IMG/VR virus record: IMGVR_UViG_3300034032_000013
Coordinates: 1 to 64,000 of that record
Source of the DNA: a virus
Strand: one strand, 5' to 3'
Length of the DNA stretch: 64,000 bases
A program made the translations under genes and the position numbers. The notes beneath the pieces were generated by a model that saw only the letters and a list, made by a program, of their open reading frames with translations, made no database searches and was not told the DNA's origin. Positions 49,942-59,256 of the stretch are shown here, piece by piece. Each line of letters starts with the position of its first letter. Within the stretch, counting starts at the first letter, position 1.

Positions 49942-51097
49942 AATAGATGATATTAAAATCTGTTAAATTTTCAGTCATTTTAGTAAACCAAACTTCTTCT
50001 TGAGTGTTCATAGTTAATAGGATAAAAACATTTCCATCTTTATCACCATCTTTACGAAGTCTTCCCCATTGTTGAACAGCGTGTACTTCTGAACTATAAT
50101 AAGACATTATTATAGCATTGGTTAAACCCACTAAATTTGCTCCCTGACGAAGTTTTTTGAACGAACCAATAAGATTTATCTTATCGCTATCAAAGTTGTC
50201 TCTAATCGCTTTATTTTGGTCCTCAGTGTATCTTGATGATACAACATTCTTTGTTATTTTAAGTAAACTATCTAAGCTATTACCAAATAGGATTGTTTTT
50301 CCTTTTAACATTGGTAATAATTGTTTAACAGCTTCAATTTTGGAAGGTAAATTAAATAATAGATTACTTCTCTTTGTAGAAGTTATTCTTATCTTTAATG
50401 ATTTTAAATCTTCGTCTTCTAAATACCAAGATTTTTTATGTTCTCTATCCCAATAATCATATGCTGCTTTCTCTGTTTGGTAGAAAGGTTTATTAGCCCT
50501 ACCAGCTTTAATAGTTTTATTTACACTATCCAAATTTTGTTGAATAACATAAACATTAAGATTTCTTCCCACACCATCATCTTTAGCCTGAGACAAAGTA
50601 TACTTAAAGCATACTGGTGCTATTTTATCTAATAAATCTTTTTTTCTAACTATTTTATCATCAATCATATAACTTGTATTAGCATCAATAGTTGCTGATA
50701 ATCCTACAATTGCATCATAAGTATTATTAAAAAAGAATTTTGAATATTCTGGAGTTAATGCATTATGAATTTCATCAGCTCCAACCAATCCAACTTTAGC
50801 TTCTGACATTTTATATGCAGATTGATAAGTTAGAAACTTTAAATCATAATCTTTTCGAGTAGTAGTACCAAATATCTTATCATATTTAGTAATATCCTTC
50901 TTTAAATCATTTTCTCTATCGACAACTTCAGCTAAAAAGAAATGAATATCATCATTTTTAGGCATACTATGTAAGCAATGTAGAAACATAAATGTTTTAC
51001 CTACACCAGTACTTACTTGAAATGTACCTTTTTTATTAGCATTCAACCAGCTCTCGACTGCTTGCTTCTGAATTTCATCTTGTTTTAGATTATTCAT
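49889..51097 (-). CDS. superfamily 2 DNA helicase (DEAH box)
   Basis: Walker A STGVGKTF, motif II GADEIH, motif III LSATID and motif VI QWGRLRK. Confidence 0.75.
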   Translation of the reverse strand: MNNLKQDEIQKQAVESWLNANKKGTFQVSTGVGKTFMFLHCLHSMPKNDDIHFFLAEVVDRENDLKKDITKYDKIFGTTTRKDYDLKFLTYQSAYKMSEAKVGLVGADEIHNALTPEYSKFFFNNTYDAIVGLSATIDANTSYMIDDKIVRKKDLLDKIAPVCFKYTLSQAKDDGVGRNLNVYVIQQNLDSVNKTIKAGRANKPFYQTEKAAYDYWDREHKKSWYLEDEDLKSLKIRITSTKRSNLLFNLPSKIEAVKQLLPMLKGKTILFGNSLDSLLKITKNVVSSRYTEDQNKAIRDNFDSDKINLIGSFKKLRQGANLVGLTNAIIMSYYSSEVHAVQQWGRLRKDGDKDGNVFILLTMNTQEEVWFTKMTENLTDFNIIYCDSVKDCIQKYKLNEKN

Positions 51098-51112
51098 TTT
51101 ATATTTATAAAA

Positions 51113-51192
51113 AAATATTAACAGCTCGGTGCTTCGTTTTCGCCTGTGGAAATCCCGATAGTTTTAATTTATCCAGGACACTGTTAATATTT
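51113..51192 (-). terminator. long structured intergenic element / terminator downstream of RNR
   Basis: A 12-bp stem aaatattaacag / ctgttaatattt encloses 56 nt that is visibly more G+C-rich (tgtcctggataaattaaaactatcgggatttccacaggcgaaaacgaagcaccgag on the - strand). A T7 run follows on the - strand. Confidence 0.45.
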
Positions 51193-51207
51193 AATATTTA
51201 ATAATTA

Positions 51208-52127
51208 TTATTTAATTTCACAACCATCTGGTCCACAAGCTAGATTTTCACCTAATGAAGTATTATCAGCTAGTTCAATTACTTTAGTCAAATCAACATC
51301 CTTTAATGTCAACATCATCTTTTCGTAAGTTTCTTTGCTACAATCTTCAAATGGTGTTTGTTTATATGTACCACCATCATATGGTAATACAGATAATCCA
51401 TTATAATACTCCTTATTAGCCCACATCCATTCTCCTACAATTTTCCATTCATCAGGTCGCACTGATACTGTACAAGATACATTGTGTGTATTTTGTCCTT
51501 TAACGTGACCTGTCTTAACCCAGTCACGGGAAATTAATTTAACTCTTTCAAGTAAATTCAATGTAGCTTCATGCCGTGTAATCGCTCCTTCAGGGGCTCT
51601 TTGTGGTACTGATATTACTGCTGTAGTCTTAGGACTAAAATATTCATCTTCCAGAAGCTCTGGGTGGTAGATTGATAAGTAAGAATATAATGCTTCATTC
51701 TTATTTATCCTCATTCTACGAATATAATAATCATTATGCCAAGCGTGAATACCTGAACTTGTACCTAATACGAGACTAGTAGTACCTGCTGGTTTAACAG
51801 CGGTAGTTCTAGCTGCTGAATTGATACCTAGTTCTTCTGCAAGTTGTTTATTTTGCTCAATTACAATTTTAGATGCTTCTTCATAATTTAATGCGAGGTT
51901 TGGCTCGGAAGCTATTCCCGTCATTGAAACTCCTAATAAAGCATCTTTCTCAGTATTCTTTCTCCAAATATCACGAAGATAATGAAAGTCAGTATATGAG
52001 GCTTGTAATGTTGCAATATATGATGCCGCTTGAGCACGTTCATTCAAATCAGATTGGTCTTTAATATCACCCATTCCTATCTCAACCAAATTACAAAATT
52101 GGTATGGACGGAGAGCAATTTCACAAC
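51208..52127 (-). CDS. ribonucleotide reductase, exon 2 (class II, monomeric RTPR-like)
   Basis: Begins (C)CEIALRPYQFCNL, then VKPAGTTS and LPYDGGTYKQTPFE, and ends with a C-terminal CGPDGC redox pair. No start codon precedes the conserved CEI...FCNL segment; TGA lies at 52129-52131. Confidence 0.7.
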
Positions 52128-53023
52128 CTCACACTGTAGAGTTACATCAATAATATCTACTCGTGCGCTGGACTATCGCATACGATATGTCTCCAAGTTT
52201 TATCTTTTCTAATAAAATCAATTACATAATTTTTGACATTATATATATCTGCAATTTCATTATTTGATAATCCTTCTTTTATTAGTTTACATTTAATACA
52301 TTTTACCTGTTCTTCATTTAATAACGCTTTACCATTATTTGAACCAACAGATACATTTTTGTATGAATATTTATTAGCTACTCTTGATTGTTTAGCTCTT
52401 TCAGAACGTTTATATTTAGAATCTTTTAATTTTATACCTTCTTTAGTTTTAATTGAAGTATTAATAGAATGTTTTTCCTTATTTTCAGATATTTCGTACC
52501 ATTCTTTTTCAACTCCCAAATTACCACCTTTCTGTGAATTCCAACCAATATTTTGTTTATATCGTAATTGTCCTTCAATCATTAAAGCATCTTTTAATGA
52601 TAGATTATCATAAAGAATTAAAATTTCTAAATTATTCCATCCATATTTTTTTATTGCATTAGTAAGATGTGTTTTCTTCTTATTTTTTTTATGAGATTTA
52701 ATTCTTTCTTCATAATTAGAAGTTAAGCCAATATAACCTTGACTTATTTCATCACCTTTTTGTATAGTATGTTCTAATAAATGTATCCAGTAGATACAAT
52801 ACACATCGTCTCCCTCGCTTAGTCTCTCAGGCTGCACAGAAAATACTTCTTTAATAATTAAAGTAATTTCTTGCTTGCCCCCTGTCGCTGTATTGTCAGC
52901 TTCCAAGTCAATCAGAGGGAGTTTTAAATCCGCATTATGTGTCTTCATAAATAATAATATTTGTTATACAAATATAAGAAATTTTTATAATAATTCCTAA
53001 TTATTTTGAAACTTTTTTAGTTT
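52128..53023 (-). mobile_element. group I intron (896 nt) with internal GIY-YIG homing endonuclease ORF
   Basis: P1: exon AAUCCGU (53030-53024) pairs with GCGGAUU (52933-52927), with a U.G pair at the splice site. P10: exon 2 GUUGUG (52127-52122) pairs with CAUAAU (52939-52934). An R-like element GAGAGACUAAG (about 52817-52830) and an S-like element GAUAGUCC (52170-52177) give P7 GACUA/UAGUC. The intron ends in G (52128). The spliced frame is continuous (1863 nt). Confidence 0.75.
52157..52948 (-). CDS. GIY-YIG homing endonuclease (intron-encoded)
   Basis: Shows VYCIYWI ... GYIGLTSN ... R..SH ... E spacing typical of GIY-YIG. It has a C-terminal helix-turn-helix-like tail (LSNNEIADIYNVKNYVIDFI). 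The ORF ends in TAG. Confidence 0.8.
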   Translation of the reverse strand: MKTHNADLKLPLIDLEADNTATGGKQEITLIIKEVFSVQPERLSEGDDVYCIYWIHLLEHTIQKGDEISQGYIGLTSNYEERIKSHKKNKKKTHLTNAIKKYGWNNLEILILYDNLSLKDALMIEGQLRYKQNIGWNSQKGGNLGVEKEWYEISENKEKHSINTSIKTKEGIKLKDSKYKRSERAKQSRVANKYSYKNVSVGSNNGKALLNEEQVKCIKCKLIKEGLSNNEIADIYNVKNYVIDFIRKDKTWRHIVCDSPAHE

Positions 53024-53966
53024 ACGGATTAGTTCCCCAATCTTTATCATTGGTTAAATAAATCCCTGGTTCACCCGAACCTGATGCTTCAATACGTTCC
53101 CAAACTTTATCAAAAGTTTTCTTGTCAATCTTATGTCTTAATAATACAACAGAGTTATTAGACCTTCCTAACTCAGGCATAATTTCCCACCAATTACCTG
53201 CTTTACAATTTAACATAGCATCGCTATCTAAATCAAATAAACAAATCATTGCTGCTCTACGTATACCACCTGCTAATACTGCATCTGCAATAAAACATTG
53301 TATTCTATGACATTCAATATCAGTAAGTTTACTACCATTTTCTTTTTCACGAAGAATAGCTTCAATTTTCACTAAAGCAATCCTAAGTGGTTCAGGTCCT
53401 GGAGCCTTACCACCAGCTGTAACTAATGCAGCACCTTTTGGTCGAATATCTGATAAATCAAATTCAACATGAGAATTCATACTACCTGTATAAGTTTTCA
53501 TCAACACTTTAATGGCATCAGCCCAGCCTATAATAGAATCCTGAACAACATATCGTTTAGTTCTATTAGAAGAAGGTTTTCTTATCTCTGGTAGTTTATC
53601 TATGTGATGATTCTGGACAGAATATCCCACACCCGTACCACCCAATAATAGAAACATAGTCTCAGAGAAACTATGTATGCTATCAACTGGTAAAAACGCA
53701 CAATTATATATTCTTGCATTGTTTAATTCGATTGCTCGACCTCCGAATTGAAGGGAGCGCATAGAAGGTAATACCTTCTTGGTAAATACATATTCTTGAT
53801 AAATTTTTTCAATATTTTGTTGCAGTTTTGGATATTTTTTAATATGCATCTCCATATTTCTCTTCACAAGTTCGTCCCAAGTTTCCCTCCTTTCTAATTC
53901 GGGCTTAAACTTAGCATACTTACTGTGAACAGTTATGTCTGATAATATCTTTTTATCTACTTCCAA
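53024..53966 (-). CDS. ribonucleotide reductase, exon 1
   Basis: The N-terminal part has VLPSMRSLQFGG and GGTGVGYS and ends ...DWGTNP. This is the first half of the NxCxE active-site loop. TTG is the only available start (53966). Confidence 0.7.
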
Positions 53967-53988
53967 TTCTAATATTTTAAAAATTTAT

Positions 53989-54420
53989 TTATTTTCCTGT
54001 TGAACCAAATCCACCGTTTCCACGGTCAGTATTATCAAGCTCGTCTACTTCTTCAAATTCCATTTGTGGTACTGGTAGAATTACAATTTGTGCAACTCTC
54101 TCTCCCACTTGATATTCCACACTATGTGGAACAGTTTTAAATCGAAGCATTACTTCTCCTCGATAATTTGAATCTACTACTCCAATCGAATTAGCCAATA
54201 TATGACCTGTTTTAGATACTGAACTTCTTGGAAAAAGTAATCCAACATATCCTTCAGGTATTTCCATTGCTAACCCTGTACCAAATTCGGTATAACCATA
54301 TGAACCTGTATCTACAACTTTTTTAGTAGTTGCAGTTAAATCCATACCTGCATCACCTTGTAATGCGTAACTAGGTGTTACGGCTTTTTCATCTAACTTC
54401 TTAAACTTTACTTTTAACAA
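53989..54420 (-). CDS. dut: dUTP diphosphatase (trimeric dUTPase)
   Basis: Motifs AGMDL, GVVDSNYRGE and a C-terminal RGNGGFGSTG. Confidence 0.9.
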   Translation of the reverse strand: MLKVKFKKLDEKAVTPSYALQGDAGMDLTATTKKVVDTGSYGYTEFGTGLAMEIPEGYVGLLFPRSSVSKTGHILANSIGVVDSNYRGEVMLRFKTVPHSVEYQVGERVAQIVILPVPQMEFEEVDELDNTDRGNGGFGSTGK

Positions 54421-54988
54421 ACTCTTCTATTTTAAATGTTTCATATTCTTGTTCAACATACTCTCCAAGTTCCTGATTTACATCAAGAACAACTTTATGC
54501 TCTTTTGAACTAAGTTCCTTTTCAATTTTTTCTTTTAATTTTGGTGATTTGTATAATATATCTTTTACTTTTTGTAAAAAAGGAATACCTAGTGTATTTC
54601 CTGAATAAACTTGACCCCAGAAATCTAATATCAATTGTTTAGCGTCTTCTCCAAATTTGGAATATTGGCTATTGTAAAGATATGCGTATTCATTTAGGTA
54701 TTCTTCAGGAAATCTAAAGATGTATATTACCTTGTTATCCAAATCTATATGCTTAACAAACAATGGGTTATTAGTTAACTTATGTTCGTAAGCAGTAAAA
54801 TCTGGATTCTTAAATGAAAATTCGTGCAATATATAAAAACAATTCTGCAATTCAGGGTCTTCCCCAAACATATAAGTATTGATTAAATATGGCATAAACT
54901 TTATATCAAGAGATAGCACCTGAGCTATCAACGGTAATAAATAAGTCTTTGACTTATTATATCTAGGTTTCATTATTTTATCACTCAT
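54401..54988 (-). CDS. hypothetical protein
   Basis: 195 aa ORF, overlapping its neighbours at both ends. Confidence 0.6.
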   Translation of the reverse strand: MSDKIMKPRYNKSKTYLLPLIAQVLSLDIKFMPYLINTYMFGEDPELQNCFYILHEFSFKNPDFTAYEHKLTNNPLFVKHIDLDNKVIYIFRFPEEYLNEYAYLYNSQYSKFGEDAKQLILDFWGQVYSGNTLGIPFLQKVKDILYKSPKLKEKIEKELSSKEHKVVLDVNQELGEYVEQEYETFKIEEFVKSKV

Positions 54989-56031
54989 TAATTTACTTCT
55001 ATAAAATCATCATTTAAAATTACGTTACCATTATTTTCATAAATTTCTTTATCAAATTCATAACGTTTGTTTTTCCAGTGATAATATATTAGGTCAAGAT
55101 TTTCATCTAACCCTTTATATTTATAACCAGAAATCGTTTTAAATCCCCTCAAAGCTGCATTATGCCACTTTTCACTTATTTCAAATACGTGTGGTACTTT
55201 TTCAAATCTACCAATAAATATAAATTTAAATGGTGCTAGAGTGTAATTCTCTAATTTAAGTAATCTACATATTTCTCCAAAAGCTAAAGTGTAAACACAT
55301 TCTTGGAAATCATAACGATATTTCAGAAAGCTCTTAGTGAATTCGCAAGCTTTACTTGAACCCGTTTTAATATCCTCTATATATACCATTTTAGTATCGT
55401 GGTCTATAGAAAGTTTATCAATTAATCCTCTCAATGTAAAGTTTTTGTATTCAAAACTAAAAGGAAATTGATAATGATTCTCAAAATTATTATTAAATAA
55501 ATGTGATGTGTGTTTATGATTCAATAAAGTATTCACACAATCAAGAGCATCATCATAATCTTTTTGGTCTACTACCAATTTGTTTTTTGTTTCAAATCGA
55601 ATTTTAAGATAATTATGCAATTCAGGAACATCAAATTTCCCTAGTAAAACGTCTTCTTTTTTAACGTTACTCCAAAACTCGTTATGTTTAACTATTTTTA
55701 ACATAGTTTGAACATCTGGTATTGTATCATAATTTTCTATAATTATATCTGCTAATTGTCCTAACATTGCTTTAGGTTTATTATCATCATATAATACATA
55801 ATTCTCTTTAAAAATTGTACTTCCTGTAAGTCTGTCTACAAGCATATCATCAGTCAATGACCCAAAACGTAATCCTTCACCATCAACCAAAATTCTTTTG
55901 ACTAATGCTTTAGGTCCATTTCTATCAAAATCTGAGATTCTTGAATAAGAAAGTTTTAAATCAATTTCTTCTTCATCACTAAGCAATCTTTCTAGTTTGC
56001 TCATCATTTCTTTCTCCTCTTTCATCCGCAA
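54988..56031 (-). CDS. PD-(D/E)XK nuclease (RecB/Cas4-like exonuclease)
   Basis: GLIDKLS ... VYIEDIKTGS (D ... ExK) followed by YRYDFQECVY (the QxxxY element). Confidence 0.6.
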   Translation of the reverse strand: MRMKEEKEMMSKLERLLSDEEEIDLKLSYSRISDFDRNGPKALVKRILVDGEGLRFGSLTDDMLVDRLTGSTIFKENYVLYDDNKPKAMLGQLADIIIENYDTIPDVQTMLKIVKHNEFWSNVKKEDVLLGKFDVPELHNYLKIRFETKNKLVVDQKDYDDALDCVNTLLNHKHTSHLFNNNFENHYQFPFSFEYKNFTLRGLIDKLSIDHDTKMVYIEDIKTGSSKACEFTKSFLKYRYDFQECVYTLAFGEICRLLKLENYTLAPFKFIFIGRFEKVPHVFEISEKWHNAALRGFKTISGYKYKGLDENLDLIYYHWKNKRYEFDKEIYENNGNVILNDDFIEVN

Positions 56032-56254
56032 TTATTAGTTCGATTACCTCGTCTACTAATTCATTAGCTTCTTTATATGGGGAAAGTTTTATATCATAAG
56101 CCATATCTTCCATTTGTTCAATAAGCTTCTCTAGAAATAATCTAGCAGAATTATATTCTTTAAAGTTGATATATCTCTTAAATGTGATATAATCCTTTTC
56201 CTCAAATATAAATTTAGCTAAATTAATTATTTTTCGTAATCTTTTAATGTTCAT
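55979..56254 (-). CDS. hypothetical protein
   Basis: 91 aa. Ends in TAG followed directly by TGA. Overlaps the nuclease gene by up to 53 nt. Confidence 0.5.
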   Translation of the reverse strand: MNIKRLRKIINLAKFIFEEKDYITFKRYINFKEYNSARLFLEKLIEQMEDMAYDIKLSPYKEANELVDEVIELIIADERGERNDEQTRKIA

Positions 56255-56267
56255 TTTAATTTTTATA

Positions 56268-56711
56268 TTAATCTATCTTAATATATACACCAGGATTCTC
56301 CTTGTCTATACTATACGCTTTCCCATCTATAATTAGAGGATAAGGTAAAAAGAATCTCATATTATCATCTTCAATAATATTATGAGCAACCATTAAATCT
56401 GCTAATATTTGATTAGCATTATTAAAGTCAAAATCGTGTTTTGATTTTCTTACGAAGTGAAAGCCTATTTTAAAAGGTTCTTTTTTACCTTCCATTGCTT
56501 TTTCAAACTGTACTCGTAATTTCTCAAATTCATTTTCTCTTTTTACATAACCTTTAACTTCTTTTTTGGATGAAGAATAACTTTGAATACCAAGCTTACC
56601 GAGATATGCTTTAACTGTTTTAGAGCTAAATATACCTCGGCTTGTCTTGATTTTACTATTCTTCAATGAAGGTACATTATATGGAATCCATATTAATCCC
56701 TCTTCTACCAT
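56268..56711 (-). CDS. RusA-like Holliday junction resolvase
   Basis: 147 aa with an N-terminal VPSLKNSK and DFDFNNANQILADLMVAHNIIEDDN. These resemble the RusA PxSxN and DxDN...D..DD acidic motifs. Confidence 0.4.
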   Translation of the reverse strand: MVEEGLIWIPYNVPSLKNSKIKTSRGIFSSKTVKAYLGKLGIQSYSSSKKEVKGYVKRENEFEKLRVQFEKAMEGKKEPFKIGFHFVRKSKHDFDFNNANQILADLMVAHNIIEDDNMRFFLPYPLIIDGKAYSIDKENPGVYIKID

Positions 56712-57406
56712 TCTATTAATTCTTTATGGTAATGATGAACATACTTATCTAAATCATAAAATATTCTTGAGTCTTTTGGTAAAACAATTTCGTCGTTTGA
56801 AAAGATTTTATGTTTCTTTTCATCTATAAATTGCTTATAATAATTACAAGTATTATCAAGAAATACAAAAGCAATATTTTGATGTGTAAGATTAATATGT
56901 TTTATCACAAACCTTGTGAAATGAGCCCAACATTTATGGTGAGAATTATGAAATTCTGATGTTAGACTCGTATTTAACATTAAACAACCTTGTTCCGCCC
57001 AACTTTCTAAAGTATAATCAAATGTTTTCTTATTATCCTGATACTTATAAGTAGTATTTTCAACACACGTTTTAATGTTATTAAGAGCAGGTGGTATCAT
57101 TATAGTATCTTCTGCTACTCCATATGCCAGTCCATTAGACTTCAAATTAGAATAAGGTTGTTTACCTATAAATATTACCTTTAATTCATCATATTTACAC
57201 ATACGAAATGCCCTGAATACATCATCTTTATCACAAGGATAAATCTGTTCAGGAGATGCATATTTTTGATTTATAAACCACGCTAAATTATCCATATAAC
57301 GTTGAATTATAATCTGTATCAAAGGTTGTGCCCAAGTACCTAGTTCATCGCTGTAATTAACCTTTAAACCAGTCTTATCTATTGGATTGATGTGTTCTAC
57401 TACCAT
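56705..57406 (-). CDS. degenerate UDG-fold protein (catalytic residues lost)
   Basis: Collinear with family-1 UDG: IGKQPY (vs GQDPY, Asp to Gln), NGLAYGV, PPALNNI, MLNTSLT, NSHHKCWAHFT, FVFLDNT. It lacks the C-terminal HPSP-type His motif. TAATG overlap with the amidoligase gene. Ends in TAG. Confidence 0.6.
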   Translation of the reverse strand: MVVEHINPIDKTGLKVNYSDELGTWAQPLIQIIIQRYMDNLAWFINQKYASPEQIYPCDKDDVFRAFRMCKYDELKVIFIGKQPYSNLKSNGLAYGVAEDTIMIPPALNNIKTCVENTTYKYQDNKKTFDYTLESWAEQGCLMLNTSLTSEFHNSHHKCWAHFTRFVIKHINLTHQNIAFVFLDNTCNYYKQFIDEKKHKIFSNDEIVLPKDSRIFYDLDKYVHHYHKELIEW

Positions 57407-59256
57407 TATACCATTTCCTCATTAGATTCTTTAATAGGGTCAACAAATTCTAAATCTTGTTTGATAGCATTTGCTTTCGATTGATTATGTAAATGTAACA
57501 TAGCATCATCAAGCATTTGTTTTGATAAATTTACATATGATTTAGAATTTGAATAAGTAGAATTATATATCATATTTTTATGTGCACCTTCATCCATTTT
57601 ATCTGTCCAAACTTTTGTTACAAGTTCTACTTCGGCAATTGGATTAATAGTTATAGGCGCAGATATATAATCATCTTCCTGCATAGATACTTTAGGAGCA
57701 GATTGTTTTGCACGTTTTATCTCTTTTAAATTTATAGGAATATGAATATCCCTTTTATTAAAATCAAGATATTTTGAAACACGAATATGCTCCTCTTTAC
57801 CGATAATATCTCCTCTACAATTATTAGATTCAGTCACCTGTTTCCTAACACTTAAATAGTCATCCATACACATAATTATACTATCTCTATTGGATACATT
57901 GGAAGTATTTAAATACTCTGTAATAATACGACGTAAATCTTTACCATATAAAAAATTCTTGTTTTCAAGAATATTTTTCTGATACTTTTTAGTAAAGTTA
58001 ACCAAGATTGCTGACATTAATATAAATGGAACAATTTTATTTACCTCATAAGTTGGAGTATGTATTCTAAATTCAACAGTTGTTTTGTTACCAAATATCA
58101 ACGGAATTAAATTATGAATGTAATACCTTGTATGAATATTCCACTTTTGATTGTTATTTGGGTCAGAAGGGTGAACTTTTACTTTATCTAAATCATTATT
58201 ATATGCAGCAAAAGGTTGTCCTTGTGATAAATATTCAAATAAAACATTAAAGTTTTCATTAATATTTTCACGAGTAATTATAGCATCCATTCTACTTAAT
58301 AAATCAAATATAGGATATGGTTTAGAATAATTTTTATTCTTAACTTTAAAATTATATTTTTTATATAAAGGAAACATTTGATACATATCATCTTGTACAA
58401 GACAAGTTAATTTAAAAAATGCAAGAATGAATTCTTTTGTTCTAGGAACATTTCCAATATGTAAGTGTAAAGAACAAGTATTATCATAAACAGTTCGTTC
58501 CTTTAAAGGTTCCAACATATCGACTACTGTTTGTAACCCTTTTTCTCCTGAAAGTGGTATAGTTACATATTCTATACCACTTATACTTCCATCTCGTAAA
58601 GGTATTAATCCCACTTTGTTCAAAATTCTATCAGGAATAAATCCTCTAGTAGTTTCAAACTCCAAACCAAAAGATACATCTTCTAAAATTGGAGCATAGG
58701 TTTTAACAACATTACTTATTCTACTTTCATAAAATTTATTATACTTCTCTGTAAAAGCATCAGTAATCCCTCTTGAGTCATAAGGTAGAGATGTTTTATA
58801 CTCTTGTGAAGGTATAATTATTTTATTAAAAGCATTTGCAGGCAATCTTTTAATGTGATAGTATATACCTGATGATAGTTCTTCACGATATTCTCTATTA
58901 TTTTCCAACAATTTCTCGTCTAAAATATAATAGTGTTCACCATTTTCTAAACCTATTTCAGCTTTACCTTCCGCATCAAAATGCCCAAAAATAGGTTGAT
59001 TATTTTCAAAACCAACAATACCATTTACTAGGTTATTTTTATTCATTGTATATTCTTTTGTACTGTGGTTAAAAACGATATTACCAGTTTCGGCTCGATA
59101 ACAACTTTTATTAATAATGTAACAATCTCCTGAATTCTCTTCATTGGTATTACCTATTTTGTAATATCCTGTTGGAAATTTTCTACATTGTGATATTGGT
59201 AATTTCTCGCCTTTAATAGTAATTACTTCTTTTTGCTTACTCATTTTCTTTTTCAT
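57406..59256 (-). CDS. amidoligase (glutamine-synthetase-fold COOH-NH2 ligase, Amidoligase_2-like)
   Basis: 616 aa. Core: FGLEFETTRG ... DGSISGIEYVTIPLSG ... CSLHLHIGN. Confidence 0.65.
   Translation of the reverse strand: MKKKMSKQKEVITIKGEKLPISQCRKFPTGYYKIGNTNEENSGDCYIINKSCYRAETGNIVFNHSTKEYTMNKNNLVNGIVGFENNQPIFGHFDAEGKAEIGLENGEHYYILDEKLLENNREYREELSSGIYYHIKRLPANAFNKIIIPSQEYKTSLPYDSRGITDAFTEKYNKFYESRISNVVKTYAPILEDVSFGLEFETTRGFIPDRILNKVGLIPLRDGSISGIEYVTIPLSGEKGLQTVVDMLEPLKERTVYDNTCSLHLHIGNVPRTKEFILAFFKLTCLVQDDMYQMFPLYKKYNFKVKNKNYSKPYPIFDLLSRMDAIITRENINENFNVLFEYLSQGQPFAAYNNDLDKVKVHPSDPNNNQKWNIHTRYYIHNLIPLIFGNKTTVEFRIHTPTYEVNKIVPFILMSAILVNFTKKYQKNILENKNFLYGKDLRRIITEYLNTSNVSNRDSIIMCMDDYLSVRKQVTESNNCRGDIIGKEEHIRVSKYLDFNKRDIHIPINLKEIKRAKQSAPKVSMQEDDYISAPITINPIAEVELVTKVWTDKMDEGAHKNMIYNSTYSNSKSYVNLSKQMLDDAMLHLHNQSKANAIKQDLEFVDPIKESNEEMV

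Noticed and set aside
51113-51192. Second tRNA, tmRNA-like or hammerhead ribozyme in the RNR-helicase spacer
   Set aside because: No acceptor/T-arm cloverleaf can be drawn, there is no TTCGA-type T-loop, and there is no CUGAUGA...GAAA hammerhead core. It is kept only as an unclassified structured element.
51208-53966. RNR as a genes-in-pieces arrangement (free-standing endonuclease splitting the gene into two polypeptides) or an intein
   Set aside because: The second half has no start codon before the conserved CEI...FCNL segment and is preceded by TGA. The interruption contains stop codons in the RNR frame, which rules out an intein. Canonical group I pairings (P1 with U.G, P10, P7) and a terminal G fit exact in-frame splice sites.
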